62,155 nt of DNA, taken from the NCBI GenBank assembly GCA_030697645.1, contig JAUYPI010000009.1, positions 1 to 62,155 of the forward strand. Direction: 5' to 3'. Origin of the DNA: a bacterium (lineage in GTDB: Bacteria > Patescibacteriota > Minisyncoccia > Phycocordibacterales > VMGT01). The notes beneath the pieces are model-generated. The model worked only from the letters and a program-made list of their open reading frames with translations. It ran no database searches and had not been told where the DNA came from. The position numbers and the translations under genes were made by a program. Below are positions 26,200-34,353 of this stretch, piece after piece; the first letter of the stretch is position 1, and each line of letters begins with the position of its first letter.

Positions 26200-26607
26200 T
26201 CACGCGAGCACAGCACGAATTTTTTCCGCCACCTGCTCGATTTCCCCATTTTTATACGGCGCGCCTTTCCAGTGGCGGAAGCCGTCGGCCATGAGGCGCG
26301 GGACGATGTGGAGGTGTATGTGGGGGATGAGTTGGCCTGCGGCGCGGCCGTTATTAACCATAAGGTTGATACCGTCGGCACCAACTGCGGCGCGGATCGC
26401 CGGGGCGAGGCGTTTCGTTGCCGCAGCGACGTCGCAGAAGGTTTCCTCCGTAACGTCAAAGATATTCTCGAAGTGCGCTTTCGGCACGACTAGCGTATGC
26501 CCGGGATTCGTCGGGTTGATATCGAGAAACACGGCGACCTTCTCGTCTTCGTAGACGAAGACAGCCGGAAACTTTTTGGCGATGATATTACAAAATAGAC
26601 AATCCAT
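26200..26607 (-). CDS. HIT-family (histidine triad) protein
   Basis: HTLVVPKAHF and HIHLHIVPR. Start taken at MDCLFCNII. Confidence 0.85.
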   Translation of the reverse strand: MDCLFCNIIAKKFPAVFVYEDEKVAVFLDINPTNPGHTLVVPKAHFENIFDVTEETFCDVAAATKRLAPAIRAAVGADGINLMVNNGRAAGQLIPHIHLHIVPRLMADGFRHWKGAPYKNGEIEQVAEKIRAVLA

Positions 26608-26790
26608 GATTGAACGACATGTGACCTTTAACATTTGACCCCTGACTTTTTCGTCGTCGTGCCGCCGCGTTGTCAAAGGTTAAATGTCAAAGGTTAAATG
26701 TTGCGCCCGTGGACGCTTGTATTTCTGGAACTTATATTTCACTGTACCTTATTCTCCTCACATTTTCCAATTTCAAGTATACTGGTTGCT

Positions 26791-28722
26791 ATGACGCATT
26801 ACCGCATCCGCGACCCCATACCAGAGAGCGCGGATGCGGCGCTCGCTGAATACTCGCCGCTCGTACGAGCGCTTCTCTTTCGCCGGGGCATCTCAGAGGC
26901 CGAAGACGCGCGGAAGTTTCTCGCACCGGACTATACGCGCGACACGCACGATCCCTTCCTCATGAAAGATATGGAGCGGGCGGTTGACCGTATTCTCGAA
27001 GCGATCGAGCGCGGCGAGCGCATTGTGGTCTACAACGACTATGACTGCGACGGCATCCCGGGCGGCGTGATTCTCCACGACTTTTTTCAAAAAATCGGCC
27101 ATAACAATTTTACGAACTATGTGCCACATCGCTACTCCGAGGGCTACGGGCTCAACAGCGAGGCGATCGAGCAGTTTCGCGTCGAGGGCGTCTCGCTCGT
27201 GATTACTGTTGATTGCGGCATTACAGATGTTGCGGAGGTGACTCAAGCGCAGGGGAGCGGGATCGACGTCATCATCACAGATCACCATCTGCCGCTCGTT
27301 GACCAGCTAAGCGGCGAGCAAGTTATCCCCGCAGCGTATGCGGTGATTAACAACAAGCAGCGCGACGACGGGTATCCATTTAAGGAACTCTGCGGGGCAG
27401 GGACGGCATTCAAGCTCGTGCAGGCAGTACTCATGCGTTTGCGTATGGGCGCGAGCGGCGGCGAAGGAATGTCCAGACTGGGATGCAGTGCGAGGCACGA
27501 GCGAGAAACGGAAAGAGGTGTACTCGAAGCTACGGCGAGTGAGTATCGCAGCCGCGAGCGGAGCAATGCGCCCAATCTGGACATTCCTAAAGAAGGATGG
27601 GAGAAATGGCTTTTGGATATGGCAGGCCTCGCGACGATTGCCGACATGGTACCGCTTCATGGCGAGAATCGAACGCTTGTGCATTTCGGGCTCACGGTGC
27701 TTCGTAAGAGCCCGCGTCCGGGCTTCCAGCAACTGCTGCGTCGCGCGCGCGTGGCACAGCGCTCACTCACCGAGGACGACGTCGGCTTCATGGTGGCGCC
27801 GCGAATCAACGCGGCAAGCCGGATGGGAGAGCCCATGGAGGCACTGCGCCTCCTTGCGACGCGGGACGTGCTCGAGGGCGGAGTGCTTGCGGAGGAGCTC
27901 CACGCGCTCAATGAGCGGCGCAAGGGGCTTGTGGCAGGAATGGTGCGCGAGGCGAGAGCGCGGTTTGAGGAGTACCTCCGCGAGCGCGAGGCACGCCTGC
28001 TCGTCGTGCTCGGAAGTCCTTCGTGGATGCCGGGACTTCTCGGGCTTGCGGCTAACTCGCTTGTCGAGGAGTACCAGCGGCCTGTTTTTCTTTGGGGGAG
28101 GGCGGGAAGCGAGACCATTAAAGGTTCGTGCCGCTCGGACGGGAGCGTGAACGTGGTCGAATTGATGAGTGCGGTGAGAGCGGATGTATTTCTTGATTTT
28201 GGCGGCCACGAGCGATCCGGCGGTTTCTCAATTTCGCACGAATACATCCACACGCTCGAGGCAGCGCTCGAGGAGGCGCATGGAAAAATTCTCGGCGGAG
28301 AAGGTCTTGCGCCGGTTAGTGCGGGAGCTGCGGGTATGATACACAAAGTGGATGCCGAGCTCTCACTCGCCGATCTTAGTTGGGAGACTTACCGAGAGAT
28401 TGCCGCGCTTGCGCCGTTCGGTATCGGGAACCCGAAGCCGCTGTTTGTCCTGCGTGATCTTACTATCACACGCGTTCGCACGTTTGGGCGTGATGGTGGG
28501 CATCTCGAGATTAGGTTTAGTGATGTTGGTAAATATCCGATGTCTATCACCTCAAGCCGGACGACAATTTCCCCGGTTCCTGCAGTCGGTTTTTTTATGA
28601 AGCCGGATGGATTTTCCGTTGCGCTTGAGCAGGGCGCGCGCATGAACCTCCTCGCACATCTAGAGGCCTCGTACTTTCGCACCACCCCGGAGCTTCGATT
28701 GCGTATAGTTGACATTTTTTAG
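26791..28722 (+). CDS. recJ: single-stranded-DNA-specific exonuclease RecJ
   Basis: DHH motifs VVYNDYDCDGIPGG, ITVDCGI, IITDHH, then DHHA1-like GGHERSGG. Start at MTHYRIRD. Confidence 0.9.
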   Translation: MTHYRIRDPIPESADAALAEYSPLVRALLFRRGISEAEDARKFLAPDYTRDTHDPFLMKDMERAVDRILEAIERGERIVVYNDYDCDGIPGGVILHDFFQKIGHNNFTNYVPHRYSEGYGLNSEAIEQFRVEGVSLVITVDCGITDVAEVTQAQGSGIDVIITDHHLPLVDQLSGEQVIPAAYAVINNKQRDDGYPFKELCGAGTAFKLVQAVLMRLRMGASGGEGMSRLGCSARHERETERGVLEATASEYRSRERSNAPNLDIPKEGWEKWLLDMAGLATIADMVPLHGENRTLVHFGLTVLRKSPRPGFQQLLRRARVAQRSLTEDDVGFMVAPRINAASRMGEPMEALRLLATRDVLEGGVLAEELHALNERRKGLVAGMVREARARFEEYLREREARLLVVLGSPSWMPGLLGLAANSLVEEYQRPVFLWGRAGSETIKGSCRSDGSVNVVELMSAVRADVFLDFGGHERSGGFSISHEYIHTLEAALEEAHGKILGGEGLAPVSAGAAGMIHKVDAELSLADLSWETYREIAALAPFGIGNPKPLFVLRDLTITRVRTFGRDGGHLEIRFSDVGKYPMSITSSRTTISPVPAVGFFMKPDGFSVALEQGARMNLLAHLEASYFRTTPELRLRIVDIF

Positions 28723-28816
28723 CGTTTGTGCTATACATGTAGCAGATTACGTCCCCCGTATTTTTTTGTATGGCTCACAGGGGCGACTGGCGTCATTTGG
28801 TTGAGGAGAGCGACTC

Positions 28817-29209
28817 ATGAGCATCGGAGATTTGATGGAGTGTTTCGCGAATCGGCCGCAGACATGGGCTGAACGCCGGAAACAATTAGAGGAGGAGGGT
28901 CGCACAGGACGGGCTAGCAAGGGCGCGTATCCAAAGCTGCTCACGCTCTTCGAGGTCGGTACAGAGAAGGAGTTCTGGCGTGCACAGGAGATGACGAACG
29001 CCCCGGTGGCCTTGAGTGAGGAGCGTTATCCTGATGCTCCGAATGATGCGCTGATGTACATCACCGGGGATCTGCCACCGGATTCTGGCCTGCACGAATT
29101 CTGGCAAGTTTATTGGCACCTTACGAAGGCCGTGCATCACCACGAGTGTAATTGGGTGTGTCAAAAATACGAGCTGTCCGAGCCTGGTCGTCAAGGAGCA
29201 GGCTACTAG
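28817..29209 (+). CDS. hypothetical protein
   Basis: GAGGAG SD. 130-aa orphan followed by a hairpin. Confidence 0.5.
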   Translation: MSIGDLMECFANRPQTWAERRKQLEEEGRTGRASKGAYPKLLTLFEVGTEKEFWRAQEMTNAPVALSEERYPDAPNDALMYITGDLPPDSGLHEFWQVYWHLTKAVHHHECNWVCQKYELSEPGRQGAGY

Positions 29210-29215
29210 TGCACC

Positions 29216-29245
29216 CCCCACCGCAGCTCCTAAGCTGCGGTGGGG
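29216..29245 (+). terminator. hairpin terminator candidate
   Basis: 12-bp stem CCCCACCGCAGC/GCTGCGGTGGGG. Confidence 0.5.
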
Positions 29246-29315
29246 TAAAATGTTTGGTAGAGTACGAGCACGAGGGTCGAAGTAATTTTTTTGAGCAGTA
29301 TTTTGAGAAATTTTT

Positions 29316-29498
29316 ATGGAACAAACACCAACAGTAGGGAACGAAGCATCCAATGAGAACGCCGTACAGAGCGAGGAACACACACGCGAAGAGGCGGTTG
29401 CCATCGCTGAGAAAATGTTTGCCGACCTCTACCGAGAGGACCCGGAGGTAGCAGAGGAAGCGTGGGAGCGCGCGAAGCGAAATCGAGACATGCAGTAG
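29316..29498 (+). CDS. small acidic hypothetical protein
   Basis: 60-aa ORF with no motif. Confidence 0.35.
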   Translation: MEQTPTVGNEASNENAVQSEEHTREEAVAIAEKMFADLYREDPEVAEEAWERAKRNRDMQ

Positions 29499-29538
29499 CA
29501 TGCGTGACTTCTCGCAGGCAATACGAGCGGAGACACGG

Positions 29539-29585
29539 TTGACAGCCCTCAAACGACGATTATAATGGGATTATAATCGTCGTTT
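29539..29585 (+). promoter_or_regulatory. consensus promoter overlapped by a 16-bp-arm palindromic operator (TA operon control region)
   Basis: TTGACA (29539-29544), 16-nt spacer, TATAAT (29561-29566). Palindrome AAACGACGATTATAAT-ggg-ATTATAATCGTCGTTT at 29551-29585. Confidence 0.65.
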
Positions 29586-29598
29586 TGTTGTTTTGTAT

Positions 29599-29829
29599 AT
29601 GACTCAGAAAATTATTAAAGTCGGCAGTTCGGCGGCAGTAACGCTTTCGCGGGAAACCCTTGGGGCTCTCGGACTTGACATTGGTGACAGGGTAGAGGTC
29701 GCCACAGACGCCGTACGGCGCAAAATCGTTGTTGTGCCATCGGTACAGTTTAATCCAGAGCTAGTGAGTTGGACACGAAATTTTATCCGCCGATATCGAA
29801 AAGCGCTTGATGCTCTCGCGCGGCAGTAA
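29599..29829 (+). CDS. AbrB/MazE/SpoVT-family antitoxin
   Basis: MTQKIIKVGSSAAVTLSRETLGALGLDIGDRVEV. Overlaps the toxin gene. Confidence 0.8.
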   Translation: MTQKIIKVGSSAAVTLSRETLGALGLDIGDRVEVATDAVRRKIVVVPSVQFNPELVSWTRNFIRRYRKALDALARQ

Positions 29830-30232
29830 TGTGCGCTACCTTTCGCAAAACGACATTCTTGCGATCCATGCGCTCCTCATCGAGAGCACGGGAGGGAGTG
29901 ACGGTGTTCGCGACATCGCCCTGTTTCGATCCATTGTTGCGCGGCCGCGCCAAAAGGCGTTTGGGCAAGAAGCTCATCGAGGCGTTTTTAATAAAGCAGC
30001 CGCATACCTTGAGTCAATTGCGCTGTACCACGTGTTTGTCGATGGCAACAAGCGCACATCCATTACCGTTGTCGCGCGATTTTTGAGTTTGAACGGATAC
30101 GAGTTCTCTGTTACGAACGCAGAGATGGAGTGTTTTGTTTTGCGGGTAGTGGTGGAAAAGCTCCCGACAGACGACATTGCCCTGTGGCTTACATCACATG
30201 CAAGAAAAATTCCTAAACGAAAAAAGGGCTAG
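29807..30232 (+). CDS. doc: Doc (death-on-curing, Fic-fold) toxin
   Basis: HVFVDGNKRTS Fic/Doc motif. Start is ATG 29807 or GTG 29831. Confidence 0.85.
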   Translation: MMLSRGSNVRYLSQNDILAIHALLIESTGGSDGVRDIALFRSIVARPRQKAFGQEAHRGVFNKAAAYLESIALYHVFVDGNKRTSITVVARFLSLNGYEFSVTNAEMECFVLRVVVEKLPTDDIALWLTSHARKIPKRKKG

Positions 30233-30650
30233 GATAACTGTCTTCACCGACGGCGGGGCGCGGGGGAATCCGGGACCGGCGGGCGCTGGGGTTTACATCG
30301 TCGGCACCGATGGTAAGCCTCTACGGAGTATTGCGCAGTTTCTCGGCCGTCAGACGAACAACTGGGCGGAATATCAGGCCGTGATCCTTGCACTTGAGGC
30401 CCTGAAGAAACTTTTTAGCAAGGTGCGCCTGCGCGAGATTGACGTCGAGCTCAAGCTCGACAGCGAGCTTGTGGCGCGGCAGCTCCGGGGCGAGTACCAG
30501 ATCAAAGAGCCGACGCTCTTTCCGCAGTATATTCGAGTGCACAACCTTCGGGTGAGCGACATCCCGAATTTCATAATCACACATGTTCCTCGGGCGCACA
30601 ATAAAGACGCGGATCGCCTCGCAAACGAGGCGATGGACCGCGGGGCTTGA
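30198..30650 (+). CDS. rnhA: ribonuclease HI-like protein
   Basis: VFTDGGARGNPGPAGAGV, NNWAEYQAVILALE, HNKDADRLANEA. Its 5' end overlaps the doc 3' end. Confidence 0.85.
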   Translation: MQEKFLNEKRARITVFTDGGARGNPGPAGAGVYIVGTDGKPLRSIAQFLGRQTNNWAEYQAVILALEALKKLFSKVRLREIDVELKLDSELVARQLRGEYQIKEPTLFPQYIRVHNLRVSDIPNFIITHVPRAHNKDADRLANEAMDRGA

Positions 30651-30711
30651 CTTTTTTAATTTGGGCGTGTTGTATATAGACAAGTGAGAGTTCCTAGACT
30701 CCTTTTGTCGC

Positions 30712-30966
30712 ATGGAGGTTGTGATGGACAGCAAGCGAAGTCCTTTAGTCGACGTAATGTTTGAAGAGGTGACGCGGCACGAATCAGCGCGCTCGGTTGT
30801 TCTGCAGACAACGCTCGAGGGCCTTGTGGAGTTCGCGCAGTGCGTCACGGGGTCGGTGGAAGATCGCGATGTCGTTCCCTGCGTCGCGTGGCTTCTTTCT
30901 CAGTATCGCATCACCATTGAAACGCCACGGGGGGTACGGATCGAGCTGGTTATGCCCGAGGCATAA
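30712..30966 (+). CDS. hypothetical protein
   Basis: 84-aa ORF with no motif. Confidence 0.35.
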   Translation: MEVVMDSKRSPLVDVMFEEVTRHESARSVVLQTTLEGLVEFAQCVTGSVEDRDVVPCVAWLLSQYRITIETPRGVRIELVMPEA

Positions 30967-31096
30967 AAACACCAAGAGGGGAGATTATGACGAGCGAGCG
31001 TCACGGCCCTGCACTCATAGATCGGTGCAGGGTCGAAACCATTTGGACTATTGACGGAGATGCTCGCACGTAGTGGTACACTGGAGAGAGCGCTCT

Positions 31097-32593
31097 ATGC
31101 GCGTGTCTCTTATGCCTCCATCACCCGATGGTTTTGATCGTGCCGGTTTGCGCTTTACGTTCGTGGTTACGGCCGGGATCGCAGCGCTTCTATTCGCCGC
31201 ATCGTACGGCCCGCGCTTGCTCTGGGGGCTGCCGCCGTTTGACTCCGATGCAAACGAGACGCGTGAGGTAGTACAGTTCGATGCGGCCATCGCGGAAATC
31301 CGCTCTCGACGCGGCGCGAGAGAAGCCGCGGCACTTGCCGCGGAGCAGGAGCGCAATCGTGTGCTCGACCCAAGCGTCATCAGCGCCCCATCTATTACCG
31401 AGCATATTCCGAAGCAGGGGAAGTTTATCGGCATTGACCTTGCGGCGATGGAGCTCTCGCTCTATAAGGACAGAGAGCGTATCGGGCGCTACCCCGTACT
31501 CTCAAAAGGCCGCCCGGGCTCGCACTGGGAGACGCCGACCGGAAACTACACCGTGCTCATGAAATCGCCGAATCACTTCTCCTCGATCGGCGGCGTTTTC
31601 ATGCCCGAGAGTATGCAGTTCTTCGGCAACTTTTTTATCCACGGCTGGCCGTACTATTCGGATGGGACGCTGGTCGAGAGGGGCTACTCTGGCGGTTGCA
31701 TCCGGCTCTCGACCGACGACGCGAAGCAGGTGTTTGCGTTTGCGGAGCGCGGCACGCCGCTCTTCGTCGCGGCTGCGGGAGATGCGACAGCGGCGCCACG
31801 TGGCTACGATGTACGCGTCCGCAACCGGCCGCGGCCTTCAGTCAGCGCCCGCGCCTACATTGTCGCCGATGTCGCGAGTGGCGCGGTTTTTGGCGAGCGT
31901 GAGGCAGAGCGCGAGCGGCCGATCGCCTCGATTACGAAGCTCATGAGCGCAATCGTTGCAAACGAAACAATCAGCTTCGATAGGCCGATCAGCATTATTG
32001 ACCCGCAGGCCCGAGGGGTTGGGGATTACGGCACGCTGCGACAGGGTGCTAAGTTTCTCGTGGGCGATGCGCTCTACCCACTTCTCCTTGAGTCGAACAA
32101 CGCCGTCGCGCACGCGCTCGCGCGAGAGCTCGGGGAGGAGCAGTTCCTCGCCGCGATGAACGCCAAAGCCGCGGCGCTCAGTATGCACTCGACGCGCTTT
32201 GCCGACGCCTCAGGCATCTCCGCTGGTAGCGTCTCGACCGTGCGCGATCTCGTCTCGCTCGCGCGCTACCTTGTGGCCACTAAGTCGTTTATCCTCGGAA
32301 TTACCCGGACGAAAACAAAGGACGTGACCGCGCTCGACGGCACGACATACACGTTCGCAAACCGCAACCATTTGCTCACGCACGAGCTTTTTCTCGGCGG
32401 CAAGACCGGCTTTACCGAAGAGGCAGGCGAGACGATGCTCACCCTCTTTGACGTGCCGATCGGCGGCGGGAGAGCGACCAGTACGCTTGCGATTATCGTG
32501 CTTGGCTCAGGCGAGCGTGAGGAAGACACAAAAGCGCTCCTTGGGTGGTTTAAGAGCGCCGCGGTTGCGGTGATGAAGGGTGGTGATGGATGA
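31097..32593 (+). CDS. membrane-anchored fusion of L,D-transpeptidase (YkuD) and D-alanyl-D-alanine carboxypeptidase (S11)
   Basis: YkuD motif HGWPYYSDGTLVERGYSGGCIRL. S11 triad SITK, SNN, KTG. GGAGAGAG SD before ATG 31097; a GTG lies at 31073. Confidence 0.85.
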   Translation: MRVSLMPPSPDGFDRAGLRFTFVVTAGIAALLFAASYGPRLLWGLPPFDSDANETREVVQFDAAIAEIRSRRGAREAAALAAEQERNRVLDPSVISAPSITEHIPKQGKFIGIDLAAMELSLYKDRERIGRYPVLSKGRPGSHWETPTGNYTVLMKSPNHFSSIGGVFMPESMQFFGNFFIHGWPYYSDGTLVERGYSGGCIRLSTDDAKQVFAFAERGTPLFVAAAGDATAAPRGYDVRVRNRPRPSVSARAYIVADVASGAVFGEREAERERPIASITKLMSAIVANETISFDRPISIIDPQARGVGDYGTLRQGAKFLVGDALYPLLLESNNAVAHALARELGEEQFLAAMNAKAAALSMHSTRFADASGISAGSVSTVRDLVSLARYLVATKSFILGITRTKTKDVTALDGTTYTFANRNHLLTHELFLGGKTGFTEEAGETMLTLFDVPIGGGRATSTLAIIVLGSGEREEDTKALLGWFKSAAVAVMKGGDG

Positions 32594-32729
32594 TTGATAC
32601 GTCCTACAGAGTACGACGCAGGGGCGCGCACCCTATTACGGTACTTTGGCAAAAATTGAACAAAAAGACCACCCGTGGCTCAACAGAGCCGCGGAACGTT
32701 CTGAAGCAGCAATTTTTTTACAAAAGTAT

Positions 32730-32758
32730 TTGACAAGATTAACGACCCATGCTATCTT
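32730..32758 (+). promoter_or_regulatory. sigma-70-like promoter
   Basis: TTGACA, 17-nt spacer, TATCTT. Confidence 0.45.
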
Positions 32759-32806
32759 TTAAACGGAAATACAGCACTGAATAAGGCTACTAACGGAGGG
32801 ACTGCT

Positions 32807-34216
32807 GTGGAAGTGAAGCATGAGATGTTTGAAAGAAATTTGATTGCCGGTTCGGGTAAGGAAAACCTTCAAGATGCGGCGCCGTTCTGGGAACTGCATC
32901 ATGTTGGAGTTGTCGCCAGTGGTAAACGGGAAAACTGCCAGCTTTGCCACACGCCGTTGCTCAAGTTTGCGGTTATCCGCAACCATGAAACCGACATCCG
33001 CAAACTGATTGGTTTCGACTGCTACGCTAAGCTCTTGCGGTATTTGGAGACGCATCACATAACCTCGAGCAGGTTGCGCAAGCTTGATGAGCACGAACGC
33101 GAACAGCGTGAGTATGTCAAGCGACACATTAATGCTTCGATGCTCGCGTGGCTTCGGAGCCAGTCGGATCTGCCGGACCATGCGCGTTTGTCGCTTGAGG
33201 TGATCGACACGCTCGGTTATCCGCCAAGCCTCGTCGCCGCGGAGCTCCTCGTCGGATATTACCGTACTCATCGGCACTTTTCCCTCGAGAACACCGAGCT
33301 CGTAGCGAACGAGACACGCGCGTTATTGAGGCGTTATCCGGATCGTGGTTCATTACCGCAACGGGTGAACTTCAATGGGCTCAGCCAGATTGAGGCGATG
33401 CTTGAAGTATGGGGCAAGGCCGACAAGGCACAGCGCGAGCAAGATGATATCGAGGCGCGTTTAGAAATCATAGCGCCGAAGGACGGCGGGCGAGTCATTA
33501 CGCCGCGGTATACAGGTTTTTTGGCGCACCCAGCCGTCGAGTCGGTGTACAAGCGGTTGAATGTTTCCGTTGTTCTGGACAATGAGCGGCATGATTTTGC
33601 TGTCGAACTTTGGAAGGAGCATCCGCTTGAGCAGAGGGTAACCGACGTGAGGTCGCGAGAACTTTTAGCGAGCTGCGCAAGTTTATACGGCACGAGTCTT
33701 GAGGGTACGATGCCGCCAACTTTTCGAGTAGTTCGTGGCCCGAACGGTACCATCCGCGTGGCTGATCGAGATCTGGAGGCATGGGCAGACCGCGCGGAGA
33801 AGGAACTGGTGCGTCTTATTGACCTCGAGTTTCGAAACATTGCAAAAGCGCGAGTGCGAAGAGAGTCCAAGTACGGTCTTGAGTTTATCGCCACACACCG
33901 TGTGGCTCTTCGGAATCGTCTGCGCCAGGAGCGGTGGATGGTTGTGCAGTGGACCGGTGCTCTCTGTGGCGACCACTGGGATGAGTGCCTCCCCTTACTT
34001 CAAAAGAGGTATGGGGAAAAGCGCGGGAATGAGATATACGATATGTCTATTCTTGCCTCGCGGGAGATTTCAGCGGAGTACTTGCTACACAACATCGTTG
34101 CGGGTTACTCGACACGCTGTGTTTGTTATACGTTGACCAAGAAGTCAGCGCGGTGCGAGAGGGAGTTTAAGATACTTTCCGACTCGGACAATCACGACAA
34201 TCAGCACGAGGCATGA
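32807..34216 (+). CDS. orphan 469-aa protein, unknown function
   Basis: GTG start 6 nt after GGAGGG. N-terminal CxxC...C cluster (CQLCHTPLL...GFDCYAKL). Has its own promoter and terminator. Confidence 0.6.
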   Translation: MEVKHEMFERNLIAGSGKENLQDAAPFWELHHVGVVASGKRENCQLCHTPLLKFAVIRNHETDIRKLIGFDCYAKLLRYLETHHITSSRLRKLDEHEREQREYVKRHINASMLAWLRSQSDLPDHARLSLEVIDTLGYPPSLVAAELLVGYYRTHRHFSLENTELVANETRALLRRYPDRGSLPQRVNFNGLSQIEAMLEVWGKADKAQREQDDIEARLEIIAPKDGGRVITPRYTGFLAHPAVESVYKRLNVSVVLDNERHDFAVELWKEHPLEQRVTDVRSRELLASCASLYGTSLEGTMPPTFRVVRGPNGTIRVADRDLEAWADRAEKELVRLIDLEFRNIAKARVRRESKYGLEFIATHRVALRNRLRQERWMVVQWTGALCGDHWDECLPLLQKRYGEKRGNEIYDMSILASREISAEYLLHNIVAGYSTRCVCYTLTKKSARCEREFKILSDSDNHDNQHEA

Positions 34217-34239
34217 TCTAGTGGCGTGATGCCTTTCAC

Positions 34240-34282
34240 GGGGGGAAGCTTGTTGCAAGCTCCCCCCCCCATTTTTGCTTTT
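34240..34282 (+). terminator. rho-independent terminator
   Basis: GGGGGGAAGCTTG-ttg-CAAGCTCCCCCC followed by ATTTTTGCTTTT. Confidence 0.8.
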
Positions 34283-34353
34283 AAGCACAAGCCACCGTTT
34301 TTGGATATTGGAACCTTGCTACAAACGCTCGGCATAAGCGGCACGCGTGGCAT

